DNA of 64,000 nucleotides from a plasmid: sequence record NZ_CP022071.1; one strand, 5' to 3'. Shown piece by piece: positions 19,673 to 29,700 of this stretch (position 1 is its first letter; each line of letters starts with the position of its first letter). The notes under the pieces were generated by a model. It saw only the letters and a program-made list of their open reading frames with translations, ran no database searches and was not told where the DNA came from. The position numbers and the translations under genes were made by a program.

Positions 19673-20030
19673 CTACTCCGGCGTATTCTGTCTGAGCACG
19701 TATGCTTTAAGCGTTTCTATCGTGGCACCACCGGCGCTACAGGCAAAGTAAGAACGAGACCACAGCAGCCCGGTTTTGCTCTGCATCCGCAAGTGGGTAT
19801 TCTGCTGACGGAGAAGCCGCGACGATACCGACTTTAAATTATTTACCATCACGCTGACCCCCAGTTTTAGCGGATACGCTATCAGCAGATGGACGTGATC
19901 TTGTTCACCATCCATCTCGATAATTTCGCACTCCAACTTTGCCGCAGCCGAACCAAAAGCATCACGTAACTGAGCGATAATCTGCCCGTCAAACAGCTTG
20001 CAGCGGTATTTTGTCGTAAAGATTAATGCA
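19673..20030 (-). pseudogene. IS200/IS605-family tnpA (Y1/HuH transposase) remnant lacking its N-terminus
   Basis: ...TKYRCKLFDGQIIAQL...EQDHVHLLIAYPLKLGVSVMVNNLKSVSS... matches the IS200 TnpA core. The frame opens right after a TAA with no start codon. A GCCCGAAGGGC hairpin at ~19650 resembles an IS200-type end. Confidence 0.6.
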
Positions 20031-20153
20031 CAACCAGCTTACTTACACTATGCCGTTTACGAAGAAAGCCTTCCAGTGATTCGTGGTGATTACTCAATTG
20101 AATTTTTCACTTAACATGTTAAAATAAATACAATATATTAATGAGCGCTGAAT

Positions 20154-20504
20154 ATGTTAAGAGCCACGAAAGTATGCATATATCCGACACCGGAACAGGC
20201 GGAGCACCTTAACGCCCAGTTCGGTGCAGTCCGTTTTGTGTACAGCAAATCTCTGCATATCAAGAAACACGCTTATCAACGACACGGCGTAAGTTTAACC
20301 CCGCGTAAAGACATTAAACCGCTTCTGGCTGTAGCGAAAAAATTCCGTAAATTCCGTAAATACGCATGGCTAAAGGAATATGACTCTATTGCGTTGCAAC
20401 AGGCGGTGATCAATCTCGATGTTGCCTTTTCCAACTGCTTCAATCCGAAGCTAAAAGCCCGCTTCCCTATGTTCAAGCGCAAACACGGCAAGCTGTTGGG
20501 GTAA
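20154..20504 (+). pseudogene. IS605-family tnpB (OrfB) N-terminal fragment, truncated at 116 aa
   Basis: MLRATKVCIYPTPEQAEHLNAQFGAVRFVYS... is the conserved TnpB N-terminus. Lies divergent to the tnpA remnant; the ORF ends where the invasin-like fragment begins. Confidence 0.6.
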
Positions 20505-20570
20505 AAGTGCTGGATGGTGCGGTCAGAATCCCGAAAATCCCGGTGATTGAAGCACAATTGCATCGTGAAA

Positions 20571-21604
20571 TTACTGGCACGTCACCTCCTGCTTACGGTA
20601 CTCGAGGATAATGTCATTGTTACGGTCAGTCAGGTCGTAGCGGCTGCCCGCCAGGCTGCGCAGGGCGCCCACGGCATCCGGATCCAGCTGGCTGCGCAGG
20701 CTGTCACCAATGCGGTAACTCGCTTCTGCCCCGAAGCGGGTGTCATGCTCCCCGGCCTTGCCGGCGCGCTGCTCCGCGCTGAGCTTCAGCAGCGGCACCG
20801 GAGTCCAGCTGACCCCGGCGGTCAGGGCGTGCGGGTTCTTCTGCCGCTCATCCTTCCCGAACAGGCCCACTTCATTTCCGTAATACTGCTCATACACCAT
20901 CTTCGCCCCGAGCTGCGGGTACGACGGCAGGTAGCCTTCAGCACGCAGGTCCCAGCCGCTGGCCGGACGCTCTTCGTAGTCCTCCACATCCGGGGAGGTT
21001 TTCCAGCCGGTCAGGCCGACATAGGCGTTGGCGGAAAGCTTAAGGAAGTCGCGCCAGTATTCTCCGCCGAAGCCGGCGCGGGCGTGGTCGCGGGAGAGGT
21101 CATAGTCGAGGAAGATGTTCGCCCCGAGCATGTCAGACGGCCGGAAGTGACGGTAACCATCCCGGCGGCGGCCTGACCGTCCGGATGGCTGGCGAGGAAG
21201 CTGCCGGCCTGTGAGGCCATGCCGGCCATCTGCTGCGCCTGCGCGTCCTCATTTTCCCGGTCAGCAGCAAACGGACCGCGGGCGTCATGGCGGTTATTGT
21301 CACCTTTCCCGCCGGTCAGCGGGACCGCCGGCACGTCAAGCTCGTCGCCGGCCTGCAGGTGGTCAAAGCCGCGGGCGAAAGTGCGGAGCCCGTTCAGTTT
21401 TTTCAGCTGTGGGACGGTCAGGCCGTGCGCCTGCGCCACCGTCTCCCCCTTTTTCAGGGTATAAGGCACGGTCCGGATCCCGGCGAGGGCGGCATCCCGG
21501 TCGGCAGAGAACGGGCTCTGCCCGATCCGGGACGCGATGTCCGCCCGGGCCGTCATGGCCGGCGTGAGCGTTAAAACCAGCGGTGTGGTGGCCTGCATCC
21601 ACAA
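20571..21604 (-). pseudogene. invasin/intimin-family inverse autotransporter, N-terminal LysM plus beta-barrel region only; frameshifted and truncated
   Basis: ORF 21011..21604 has a LysM-like segment (TVPYTLKKGETVAQAHGLTVPQLKKLNG). ORF 20571..21131, in another frame, has invasin beta-domain motifs (LDYDLSRDHARAGFGGEYWRDFLKLSANAYV...YLPSYPQLGAKMVYEQYYG...LAGSRYDLTDRNNDIILEYRKQ). The gene ends at the barrel/passenger junction. Confidence 0.6.
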
Positions 21605-21653
21605 TGTGGCCCAGGTACACCCCGTCCACGCCGGGGAGTACAGGAGGATAATT

Positions 21654-22336
21654 TCATAGTGTCATGTCCGTATAATGAGAACGGTGTGTTACCGGAAGGT
21701 GCACGGGGTGATGTGCAGAAACGTTGTGGCTACCGGCGCCGGTCGTCCGGCTGCTGAAAAAGGGCGGCGACCCCGGGTGGAGCATCATGCTGTAGTGCGC
21801 CGCAGGGTCAGGCAGGCCGATCACCGGATTGGCCAGCAGCTCCAGGCGGTTCAGCGCGCTGCGGCGATGGCCGTAAAAGGTTTTGGGGCTGATGCCGAGC
21901 CGGGCGCCGTGCGCGCGGAGAGGCCGGCGAGCGTGGCACACAGCGCCTGTCGCTCGCGCAGGGAGAGACTCTCCGTCGTCGCCTGCCGCCAGCCCCGCGC
22001 ACGGCGCAGCCAGCTGCTGACCGCGGCCTTCAGCTGAGTCGCGGAGGCGGTGCGCGGCAGCAGGCAGTCCGGCCTGAGACCGAGGGTGTTCAGGAAGACA
22101 GCCTGTCCTCCTGAGCCCAGCAGCGCCAGTTTCAGGGACAGTGATGTCCTGGCGTGATGGCAGGCCGGGACCAGCGATGCCAGCATGCCGGGAGAGGCCG
22201 CCAGCAGCACATGGCTGCCTGCCGGCGGCGCGGTCTGTAACCACCGGGCAACACTCATGTTCACGGGGTCCAGATGTGCGAGCAGGCGCGTCAGCGCCAG
22301 GCGGGTAAACTGACAGTCACTGACGATAATCAGCAT
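21654..22336 (-). pseudogene. LuxR/GerE-type HTH regulator split over two reading frames
   Basis: ORF 21851..22336 ends ...LSLRERQALCATLAGLS. Overlapping ORF 21654..22244 continues ...RLGISPKTFYGHRRSALNRLEL. Together they form one GerE HTH, implying a frameshift near 21900. Confidence 0.45.
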
Positions 22337-22818
22337 GATGCCTCCCGGACCGGGCAGGCTGCCTGCCAGGCGGCTAGTTTTGCCGTATCACCGCCGGCCG
22401 GGCGGGACAGCAGCCAGTGCGCCATCTGGCGGTCATACTGCCGGTCACTCACCTTCCCGCCCGGCCGGTCTGTCCGCTGCCGGCGGATGGTGTCCGGGCG
22501 GGATTCCACTGCCCGGATACGCACCACGAGCTGGGCGCGGCCTCCCCGCACGGGGTGCAGGCGGGAATCAAAGCAAATGTCGTCGTCATTGTGACGGTTA
22601 CAGATGTAATTGAGGATACCGCTGGCACGGCGGGGCTCAATGCTGAACGCCTCGCTGACGTCATCGCGGGTAAACTCCCGGCCCAGAAACAGCCCCCACC
22701 AGGCCACGGCCCGGTACAGGGACAGGGTGCCCAGATGGCGGATGCCCGGGGGCATGTAAAACCCTTCATGGTTGCTCTGCCTGCCGGCAACGGTCCGGAA
22801 TAACAACGGCTGGTTCAT
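22330..22818 (-). CDS. CaiF/GrlA-family transcriptional regulator
   Basis: Reads LYRAVAWWGLFLGREFTRDDVSEAFSIEPRRASGILNYICNR, a pattern similar to CaiF. Intact ORF; start taken at MNQPLL (22816-22818). Confidence 0.45.
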   Translation of the reverse strand: MNQPLLFRTVAGRQSNHEGFYMPPGIRHLGTLSLYRAVAWWGLFLGREFTRDDVSEAFSIEPRRASGILNYICNRHNDDDICFDSRLHPVRGGRAQLVVRIRAVESRPDTIRRQRTDRPGGKVSDRQYDRQMAHWLLSRPAGGDTAKLAAWQAACPVREASC

Positions 22819-22842
22819 AGAAATGACTCCTGTGCGCATAAC

Positions 22843-23556
22843 TTAACCAAAGGCCGGCTGGCTTTTTTGCGTCAGCCGGAAATGAAACAGCCCGAAGGGC
22901 ATCGGGGCGCCGCAGTGCCAGCCCTGCAGGTAATCGCCCCCCGCGTCCCGCAGGCGCGCCGCCTGCGCCGGGGTCTCGATACCTTCGGCAATGACCCGGG
23001 CCCCCTAGCACCGGGCCAGACTGACGGTGCGCGCAATCATCCGATCAGCCACCGTGCTGGCGGGACCGGCATGACCGGTGCCGAAGTCGTCCACGGCGAA
23101 CCGCAGCCCCCCGGCGGCAAGCTGGCGGAATACCGCCGCCTGAGGAAAGGCGCGGATATCTTCCCGCTCGGTGATTTCAAAGACGGGGGTCATGCCGGCC
23201 TGCTCCAGCCGGATGCTGAGGGCCAGCAGGTGCGGACGGAAAAGCGGCGTCATAACCAGGCTCAGGCTGAGATTCAGCGTCATCATCAGCCTGCGGCCGG
23301 CACTGCGGGCAAGGTCCTGCCCGTCCCCGCAGACCTCGTCGGCCAGTCCGCGCAGCAGCGCTCCGCCGAGGCCGGTGGCTTCAATGGCGGGAATAAAGTT
23401 CCCGGCGCTCAGCAGGCCCTTCTGCGGATGCAGCCAGCGGGCCAGCATTTCGCAGCCCACCACCTCCCCTCCTGTGGCGCAGACAATGGGCTGATAAAAC
23501 GGCGTAAACTCCCGGTTCCGGATGGCCTGTTGCAGGCGAAAGGCTGAAAAATGCAT
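22843..23556 (-). pseudogene. EAL-domain c-di-GMP phosphodiesterase (EAL-only, PdeH-like) interrupted by an in-frame TAG
   Basis: N-terminal EFTPFYQPIV...GCEMLARW...DDFGTG, then an amber codon at 23005-23007. The same frame continues ...VIAEGIETPAQAARLRDAGGDYLQGWHCGAPMP. The DDFGTG-to-VIAEG spacing also looks short. Confidence 0.55.
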
Positions 23557-23564
23557 ACACGTCT

Positions 23565-24347
23565 CTATGAACCTCCTTTGAGCATAGCCACTGCATCAGC
23601 ACCCGGCATCTGAAACTGCACCCGGTGTCGTGCGGCAACATCAAGCGCAAACACTTTCGTGTACACTTCCGTCGAGCTCACCGATTTGTGTCCCATCAGC
23701 GCCTGCAGCACCTTCAGCGGTATGCCGGCGTACAGCATGTGCATCGCATAGGAGTGGCGGAATGTATGGGGTGTCACCGGGACTGAGAACGTCACGTCGT
23801 CAGCCGCTGCGGCCTCAACCGCCTCCCCAATCCAGGTACGGACCGTCCGGTCGGTGATCTCCCAGAGGCGCGCCTTTTCCGTTCTGCCGGTACGTCTGTT
23901 ACGACGCTCCAGCGGGATTTTCAGCGTGGCCACCATCATCTGCAGTTCGCTGACATACTGGTTATCAGAAAGCGGCACCAGGCGGTGGGGCTGGCTGCCG
24001 GACGGCATCCGTCCTGCCGTTCTGGCCGCCTTTTCCGCCCGCTGTTTCAGAGTGGCCAGCTGCACAAACGGATAAGGTGGTGCCAGCGAAAAGTCTCCCC
24101 GTGTCAGGGCCAGCGCCTCGTTAATCCGTGCGCCGGTATTCCATAGAGTGGCCAGCAGCATCCTGCGATGCAGATCAGGGACGTAGTGGAGCAGGGCACT
24201 TACCTCCGGTGCCAGCAGATATTTCGGGTAGTCGTCATGCTGCATTGCCATCTGGCGCAGTGCGAGGGCCGCCGGGTAATCAATGGCCACCGGCAGCAGG
24301 GCGGACGCTGCCTGCGTACAGACAGCAGGTAACGGTGGCTGACTCAT
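23565..24347 (-). CDS. resD: ResD/RsdB-type tyrosine recombinase (plasmid multimer resolution)
   Basis: 260 aa; C-terminal HTFRHSYAMHMLYAGIPLKVLQALMGHKSVSSTEVYTKV carries the R-H-R-Y catalytic residues. Overall it closely resembles F-plasmid ResD, and it sits next to ccdAB. Confidence 0.8.
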   Translation of the reverse strand: MSQPPLPAVCTQAASALLPVAIDYPAALALRQMAMQHDDYPKYLLAPEVSALLHYVPDLHRRMLLATLWNTGARINEALALTRGDFSLAPPYPFVQLATLKQRAEKAARTAGRMPSGSQPHRLVPLSDNQYVSELQMMVATLKIPLERRNRRTGRTEKARLWEITDRTVRTWIGEAVEAAAADDVTFSVPVTPHTFRHSYAMHMLYAGIPLKVLQALMGHKSVSSTEVYTKVFALDVAARHRVQFQMPGADAVAMLKGGS

Positions 24348-24381
24348 GTCCTCTCTCCGTTAAGTGAAATATTCCGGGACA

Positions 24382-24903
24382 TCATGTTTTTTCCCCGGAG
24401 TCATCTCTGGTTTCAGTCTGAACCCTGTATAAAGGATACCAGTCGCCGCTGTGACGGTTCTGCCGTTCGGCCACCGGTGTCATGGCCGCAATCGTGGCAC
24501 GTGAGTAACCCGCTTTCAGCAGCGCCGTACGGGTCAGCAATTGTTTTCCCGGATCGGTCGCGGGCGTGGCGAGCCGTAGCGGATAGAGTGCGCGCAGCCG
24601 TTCCGCTTCTGAAGCGTGATACAGTGGCCAGCCCTGACGACGTCCGACATAGGCCGCGCAGGCGCGAAGTTCGTTACGAAACCAGGTGTCGGCCGGAAAC
24701 CAGCTCGCCGGATGCAAATCCGCAGGTATATCCCGGGAGCCGGCGTACACCGTCGTGAACCGCTCTTCCGGCGTCAGCAGGGACACGGATTTTCCGAAAA
24801 AGACCTGTGCAAACTGTTCTGTCGTCTCCCTGACCGGCAGGGCATCCGATGCCGGACTGAGACCGGTGGATTCAGTATCCGGACAGATGCGTGACCGTGT
24901 CAT
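24382..24903 (-). CDS. hypothetical protein
   Basis: 173-aa ORF between resD and ccdB; G+C-rich; no family recognised. Confidence 0.35.
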   Translation of the reverse strand: MTRSRICPDTESTGLSPASDALPVRETTEQFAQVFFGKSVSLLTPEERFTTVYAGSRDIPADLHPASWFPADTWFRNELRACAAYVGRRQGWPLYHASEAERLRALYPLRLATPATDPGKQLLTRTALLKAGYSRATIAAMTPVAERQNRHSGDWYPLYRVQTETRDDSGEKT

Positions 24904-25190
24904 GAGGTGGTGTTCTCCCTGTCAGTACGCAGTCGCCAGACCGTCCCGCCGAACTCCGTTCCCCCGAGGGTCTGTGTCCAGGTTTCCTCGCAGACCAGCC
25001 ACTTCTGTACCACCGCAAAATCCACATGACAGAGTGGGGTATCCCCGCGTTCACCGGGGGTTTCCAGCACAAGCCCGTCCGGAACGATCGGAGAGGGCGT
25101 ACCCGCCAGTCTGGCGGAGCGGCGCCAGAAACTCCGCACACAGCCGCCCTGACGTAGACTACTGAGCAGCACCTGTTCGCTGACACGCAT
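24900..25190 (-). CDS. hypothetical protein
   Basis: 96-aa ORF. An overlapping alternative frame (24872..25186) makes the call uncertain. Confidence 0.25.
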   Translation of the reverse strand: MRVSEQVLLSSLRQGGCVRSFWRRSARLAGTPSPIVPDGLVLETPGERGDTPLCHVDFAVVQKWLVCEETWTQTLGGTEFGGTVWRLRTDRENTTS

Positions 25191-25191
25191 A

Positions 25192-25497
25192 TCAGATCCC
25201 CCGGAACATCAGGTTAATGGCGTTTTTGATATCGTTCTCCCGGAGGCTGAGATCGGCCACCTCTTCCCCGATGACGGTGGCCGGCACACTGGTCATATCC
25301 GTGGTCAGCAGGCGGTAAGGCTCATCCCCGATATGCATCACCGGGTAAAGATCGCGGGGAACCTTTTCCGACAGCAGACGGGCGCTGACCAGCGGGACAG
25401 CCATCCGCCGTCCGGGGGTGTCAATGATGTCGCTCTGCACGTCCACAAACAGCCGGTAGCGACTCTCCCTTTTACAGGTGTAAACCTTAAACTGCAT
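25192..25497 (-). CDS. ccdB: CcdB gyrase-poison toxin
   Basis: [31 protein letters not shown]...[12 protein letters not shown] is near-identical to F CcdB as remembered. The ORF track starts 9 codons upstream. Confidence 0.95.
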   Translation of the reverse strand: MQFKVYTCKRESRYRLFVDVQSDIIDTPGRRMAVPLVSARLLSEKVPRDLYPVMHIGDEPYRLLTTDMTSVPATVIGEEVADLSLRENDIKNAINLMFRGI

Positions 25498-25498
25498 A

Positions 25499-25717
25499 TC
25501 ACCAGTTCCTGTTGTCGTCAGCAAACGATCCGTTAGCCTCTATAAAGCTGGCCACCTCAGCCATACCTTCCCGATTTTCTTCCTGCCAGCGTTCGGCTCG
25601 CAGACGGCGGGCTTCGTTCTGCATGGTCGTACTGACCAGACCGGAGATATTCACGTCGTATGCCTTGAGCAGCTGATAGCTGTCGCTGTCCACTGTCACT
25701 GTAATTCGCTGCTTCAT
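25499..25717 (-). CDS. ccdA: CcdA antitoxin
   Basis: 72 aa, [45 protein letters not shown]... Confidence 0.95.
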   Translation of the reverse strand: MKQRITVTVDSDSYQLLKAYDVNISGLVSTTMQNEARRLRAERWQEENREGMAEVASFIEANGSFADDNRNW

Positions 25718-26425
25718 GATTCACCTCTTTTTTACATACTTCAGGTATGCAATTAAGTATACATTCCGATGAAGCAAAAATCTGCCACGCATTGTGAATA
25801 CTGTTAACCAGCTTATAGTGACTGAGTTAACTGTTCGCCGCCATTATCTACATATCTCTTATATGTATTTTCTCGTGCATTTTACTGATGCATGTTTTCA
25901 ATCCTTAAAACGCATACTGTTATCACGCTATTAGTAAATCACTCATCTTTTTCATAATGAAACTTTAACCACATGCAATTACAATCCAACTTATAAAAAC
26001 GTAACGGAATTACAGGACGGCTATTTTCAGGTGATCCGATTTTTTGTCTATTCACGACTTTCCGGAAGTGTACCACGGTCAGGGAATAAGCAAAGCGGTC
26101 TTTTCTGCCCTGCGCGCCGGGTCACAGGGAAGGGGTATAACACAACATCTGGTAGCAACAGCAGATGACTGAGCCGCTACATCTTGTGTTACCGGGTCGC
26201 GGCGCACCGGTGAGGATAAAGAAGATCCGGGACTACCTTTTTTCGGATCTCAGGTGAAAGGGGAAGACACAAAATAGGCAAATCACATAATCATTAACAA
26301 ATCAATACACAAAATTAAAATTAGCACTTTTTGCAAAAACTGATAGCACAAATTGCTAAAGTGGGTTATATTTCATCCGTCGTCCACATCACGTGGCCAT
26401 TCCACCTACTTGTAAGGAGATTTTC

Positions 26426-26914
26426 ATGAACACAGCATTACTTGCTCCATTTATCTCAATTGCATTATCTGGAGTGGGCGTTTATACCCACTATTACTTT
26501 AAGAAATATCAGGCTTCCATGGATCAGTGCCAAAAGGTCCACAAAATGATGGTAGATACACTGCTCGGTACCAAAAGACTGTTCAGCCGGAGCGCCCCCG
26601 CGCAGGCGCTTAAATCAGAACTGAGAATCATGCAGCAGCAACTCTCTCAGGAGGCTCAAAAACTGGATAAAATGACGATACGCCTTCCGTTAAAGCGTCT
26701 GCAACGGGAACAACGTCATATTTTGAGGCATGCTGACTGGTTATTACATTATCTCGATTCGCATCTGGCAGATAATGAAGGGAAATTTTTTCTGTTCCTG
26801 CATGACTTGGCGATGGATAGCGATGATAAAGTCCTGGATTTCCTGACGTCATTACATGACACAAAGAGATTCAGAAATCGCCGTCTGCAAACTGGATCAA
26901 CTACCTGTCCCTGA
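26426..26914 (+). CDS. hypothetical membrane protein
   Basis: RBS aaggag precedes the ATG at 26426. One N-terminal TM helix (MNTALLAPFISIALSGVGVYTHYYF), then a charged helical region. Confidence 0.4.
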   Translation: MNTALLAPFISIALSGVGVYTHYYFKKYQASMDQCQKVHKMMVDTLLGTKRLFSRSAPAQALKSELRIMQQQLSQEAQKLDKMTIRLPLKRLQREQRHILRHADWLLHYLDSHLADNEGKFFLFLHDLAMDSDDKVLDFLTSLHDTKRFRNRRLQTGSTTCP

Positions 26915-27397
26915 GAGGGGACAGGTAAACGTAAATATATAACCGGTATTAAAAGAGTTATTTGGACATCACATATGGCATACGTCTGGCCTCTTCTAAT
27001 TCATACAGTTCACGTACCTGAGCCATTTTCTCTGCTGTAGGCTCAGGTTAATTTTCAAAAGATGCCTCAAAACGTTTTCCAACTGACTGCAGGGAAACGC
27101 TGTCTGTTCTGGCGGTCTTAAGATTGGTATAAACAAGGCACGCAAGAGGCTTGGTTAATTCCTTCTATTCCATAAATTGCCTGAAAATCCAGAAATAAAT
27201 ATTAACCCGTTCTAACCCTGCACTTTGCGTACCCGACTGGAAAATAAGTGGTTCAGCTGGCATGTTTGTCATATTCATAACGAGCAATCCTGGTTCAGGT
27301 TCCCACGGTTGTTCGCGAATATTGAAATAAAACTCGTTCAGTTCCCGTTAGGAGGAATTAAACTGTAACTGCTGATCCACAATGATGGTTCCGGCAG

Positions 27398-27694
27398 ATG
27401 GATGCTGAATTTCAGAAACAGGGGCTCACCGACCTAACAGAAACAGATCTGCAGGCCGTTGTAACTCCCGGGGAGACACTCCGGTTACTGCCGACACTGG
27501 CGCGGTTACTGCATGTTTTGCGAGAAAAACCAGAGGCCTTCTCCCTCTCAGCAGCTTCATACGAAGAAGATACTTCCTCAGCTTTGAAAACACTGCTGGT
27601 CCGTACAGGATTCACAATACACCAGATAAGAGAAATGCGACTTCACCTTATTCGCTGGCAATTAATAAGTCAGGAAGAGTATGACCGGGAATAA
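27398..27694 (+). CDS. hypothetical protein
   Basis: 98-aa ORF; no family recognised. Confidence 0.3.
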   Translation: MDAEFQKQGLTDLTETDLQAVVTPGETLRLLPTLARLLHVLREKPEAFSLSAASYEEDTSSALKTLLVRTGFTIHQIREMRLHLIRWQLISQEEYDRE

Positions 27695-27959
27695 GCCCGC
27701 GAACCGGCAAGGAAGCGCAAAAAAACAGAAGTTAAAGGAAGCAGATACGCACTGGAGTCACAGCAAGTGATTATTGAAAAACTATACGAATTACCTTGTC
27801 GGTCAGCAGGTTATCCACATATACAGTCACTCGATCCAGTAATAAGATCCTTACAACGATCCCTGTTAGATCAAAAGAAGATCCCGACTCTTCTAAAGGC
27901 CGCGTCAGTACTGGGCCTGGAGGATGATCACCTAAACTGTAGCATGTTAATCATAAGCT

Positions 27960-28110
27960 GTAACTGGTAAACAATAAGCTGTATTATGCAAAGGATATAC
28001 TGTAATGAGTTAGTAATATAAACTACAATGAGTATGTTCCCCTGAAACTTCTTCAGGGCTGTGTATAAGCTGAAGCAAGTTGTTTAGCACCTTTCAGGCT
28101 ATAACATGAA
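27960..28110. repeat. RepFIB upstream iteron cluster (direct repeats containing ATAAGCTGTA / TATAAGCTG cores)
   Basis: Repeated ...ataagctgta..., ...ctgtgtataagctgaag... units ahead of repA. May correspond to the historical rsk locus (from memory). Confidence 0.45.
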
Positions 28111-28187
28111 AACAGTGGCTGCTTTTATTCTTAAACTATCCACCGATCGGAGGCGCTCTGGACAAGGACAATCTGGACATAAAAAAG

Positions 28188-29177
28188 TTGTTTGTAGAGG
28201 TGGATAAATCCTCCGGTGAAATCGTAAATCTCACTCCTAATGCCAGTAATACCGTGCAGCCTGTAGCTCTGATGCGGCTTGGAGTATTTGTTCCTACGCT
28301 TAAGTCACTGAAAAACCGTAAAAAGAACACGCTTTCGCGTACTGATGCGTCGGAAGAACTGACGCGTCTGTCTCTCGCCAGGGCCGAGGGGTTTGATAAA
28401 GTGGAGATCACTGGTCCCCGCCTGGATATGGATAATGACTTCAAGACCTGGGTAGGGGTGATTCATTCCTTTGCCCGGCATAAAGTTATTGGCGATAAAG
28501 TTGAGCTGTCGTTTGTCGAATTCGCCAAACTCTGTGGGATCCCCTCCAGTCAGTCATCCCGGAAGCTCCGGGAACGTATCAGTCCTTCACTTAAGCGTAT
28601 CGCGGGTACTGTGATCTCGTTTTCCCGCACAACGGAGAAGCACACCAAAGAGTACATTACGCATCTGGTACAGTCGGCTTACTATGATACGGAAAAAGAT
28701 ATCGTTCAGCTGCAAGCCGATCCGCGCCTCTTTGAACTCTACCAGTTTGACCGGAAAGTGCTGCTGCAGCTCAAGGCCATCAATGCCCTGAAGCGCCGGG
28801 AGTCCGCTCAGGCTCTTTATACCTTTATAGAGAGTCTGCCGCGGGATCCGGCGCCGATATCACTGGCGCGTCTACGGGCCCGTCTGAACCTGAAATCCCC
28901 TGTGTTCTCGCAGAACCAGACGGTGAGGCGTGCCATGGAGCAGCTCCGGGAGATTGGCTATCTGGATTACACTGAGATCCAGCGTGGGCGTACAAAACTC
29001 TTCTGTATTCACTACCGCCGGCCCAAGTTAAAGCCACCTCATGATGAGAGTGCGGAGAACCCGCAACTGCCAGCCACACCGGGTGACGTCAGTCCGGAGA
29101 TGGCTGAAAAACTTGCACTTCTTGATAAACTGGGCATCACACTTGATGACCTGGAGAAACTCTTCAAATCCCGCTGA
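28188..29177 (+). CDS. repA: RepFIB replication initiator RepA (P307 RepA family)
   Basis: ...[38 protein letters not shown]...[21 protein letters not shown] matches RepFIB RepA. The true start may be the GTG at 28200 (VDKSS). Confidence 0.9.
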   Translation: MFVEVDKSSGEIVNLTPNASNTVQPVALMRLGVFVPTLKSLKNRKKNTLSRTDASEELTRLSLARAEGFDKVEITGPRLDMDNDFKTWVGVIHSFARHKVIGDKVELSFVEFAKLCGIPSSQSSRKLRERISPSLKRIAGTVISFSRTTEKHTKEYITHLVQSAYYDTEKDIVQLQADPRLFELYQFDRKVLLQLKAINALKRRESAQALYTFIESLPRDPAPISLARLRARLNLKSPVFSQNQTVRRAMEQLREIGYLDYTEIQRGRTKLFCIHYRRPKLKPPHDESAENPQLPATPGDVSPEMAEKLALLDKLGITLDDLEKLFKSR

Positions 29178-29194
29178 ACATAATCTGTAGTGAG

Positions 29195-29420
29195 TTATCC
29201 ATTACTGTTTACTTATTACAGCTTATATTACTGCCTCTGGTGAGTGTTCTGCTCACTACAGCTTATATAAGCAGTGATGAGAGCAGCCCATACCGGAAGC
29301 ATATCCCTGATCCACAAACTTTTCAGAATGGCATTCCTGTTACTGCCGGAGCCCTGTGAACCCGTCGTTTTCCCTCCATATATCGTAATATGCTCACTAC
29401 AGCTTATATAAGCTGTGGTG
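29195..29420. repeat. RepFIB downstream iterons
   Basis: Three copies of TGCTCACTACAGCTTATATAAGC-like 21-23 bp units at about 29212, 29247 and 29392. Confidence 0.55.
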
Positions 29421-29435
29421 AGTGACGTTGTCATG

Positions 29436-29700
29436 TCAGGGCGGGAGTGTTCGGAGGATCTGCGCGGCATCATGCCTGTCACCAGTGAACGGCACGGCCA
29501 GTGTGGCCGCCATGTCCAGCGCAAGCACTCTGATATACACATCCATTGAGCGCGGCTCCTTGTGACCGGCCAGTGCCTGAATCACTTTCCGGGGCCGGCT
29601 GTGATAGAGCATGTGCATGATATAGCTGTGCCGGAAGGTATACAGCGTCTCCGGAATTGAGAAATGTCCCCATCAGCTTCGGCCCGCCTGACTGCCTGCT
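29436..29700 (-). pseudogene. tyrosine recombinase (integrase) C-terminal remnant
   Basis: ...[35 protein letters not shown] is an R-H-R-Y C-terminal box with no N-terminal domain. Fragments lie in two frames (29436..29618 and 29479..29673). Confidence 0.5.

Noticed and set aside
20547-23547. Many plus-strand ORFs inside the G+C-rich block (e.g. 20547..21176, 21211..21567, 21675..22037, 22417..22803, 22867..23547)
   Set aside because: They lie antisense to better-supported minus-strand genes. Long open frames on both strands are expected in ~65-70% GC DNA, and they have no recognisable motifs.
23565-24347. Considered a FimB/FimE-type invertase controlling a promoter switch for the downstream invasin-like gene
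   Set aside because: The sequence is almost collinear with F-plasmid ResD and sits next to ccdAB, so multimer-resolution recombinase is the better call.
27960-29420. Direct repeats around RepFIB repA considered as a possible CRISPR array
   Set aside because: The repeats are ~21-bp iterons flanking a replication initiator gene, with irregular spacing and no cas genes.
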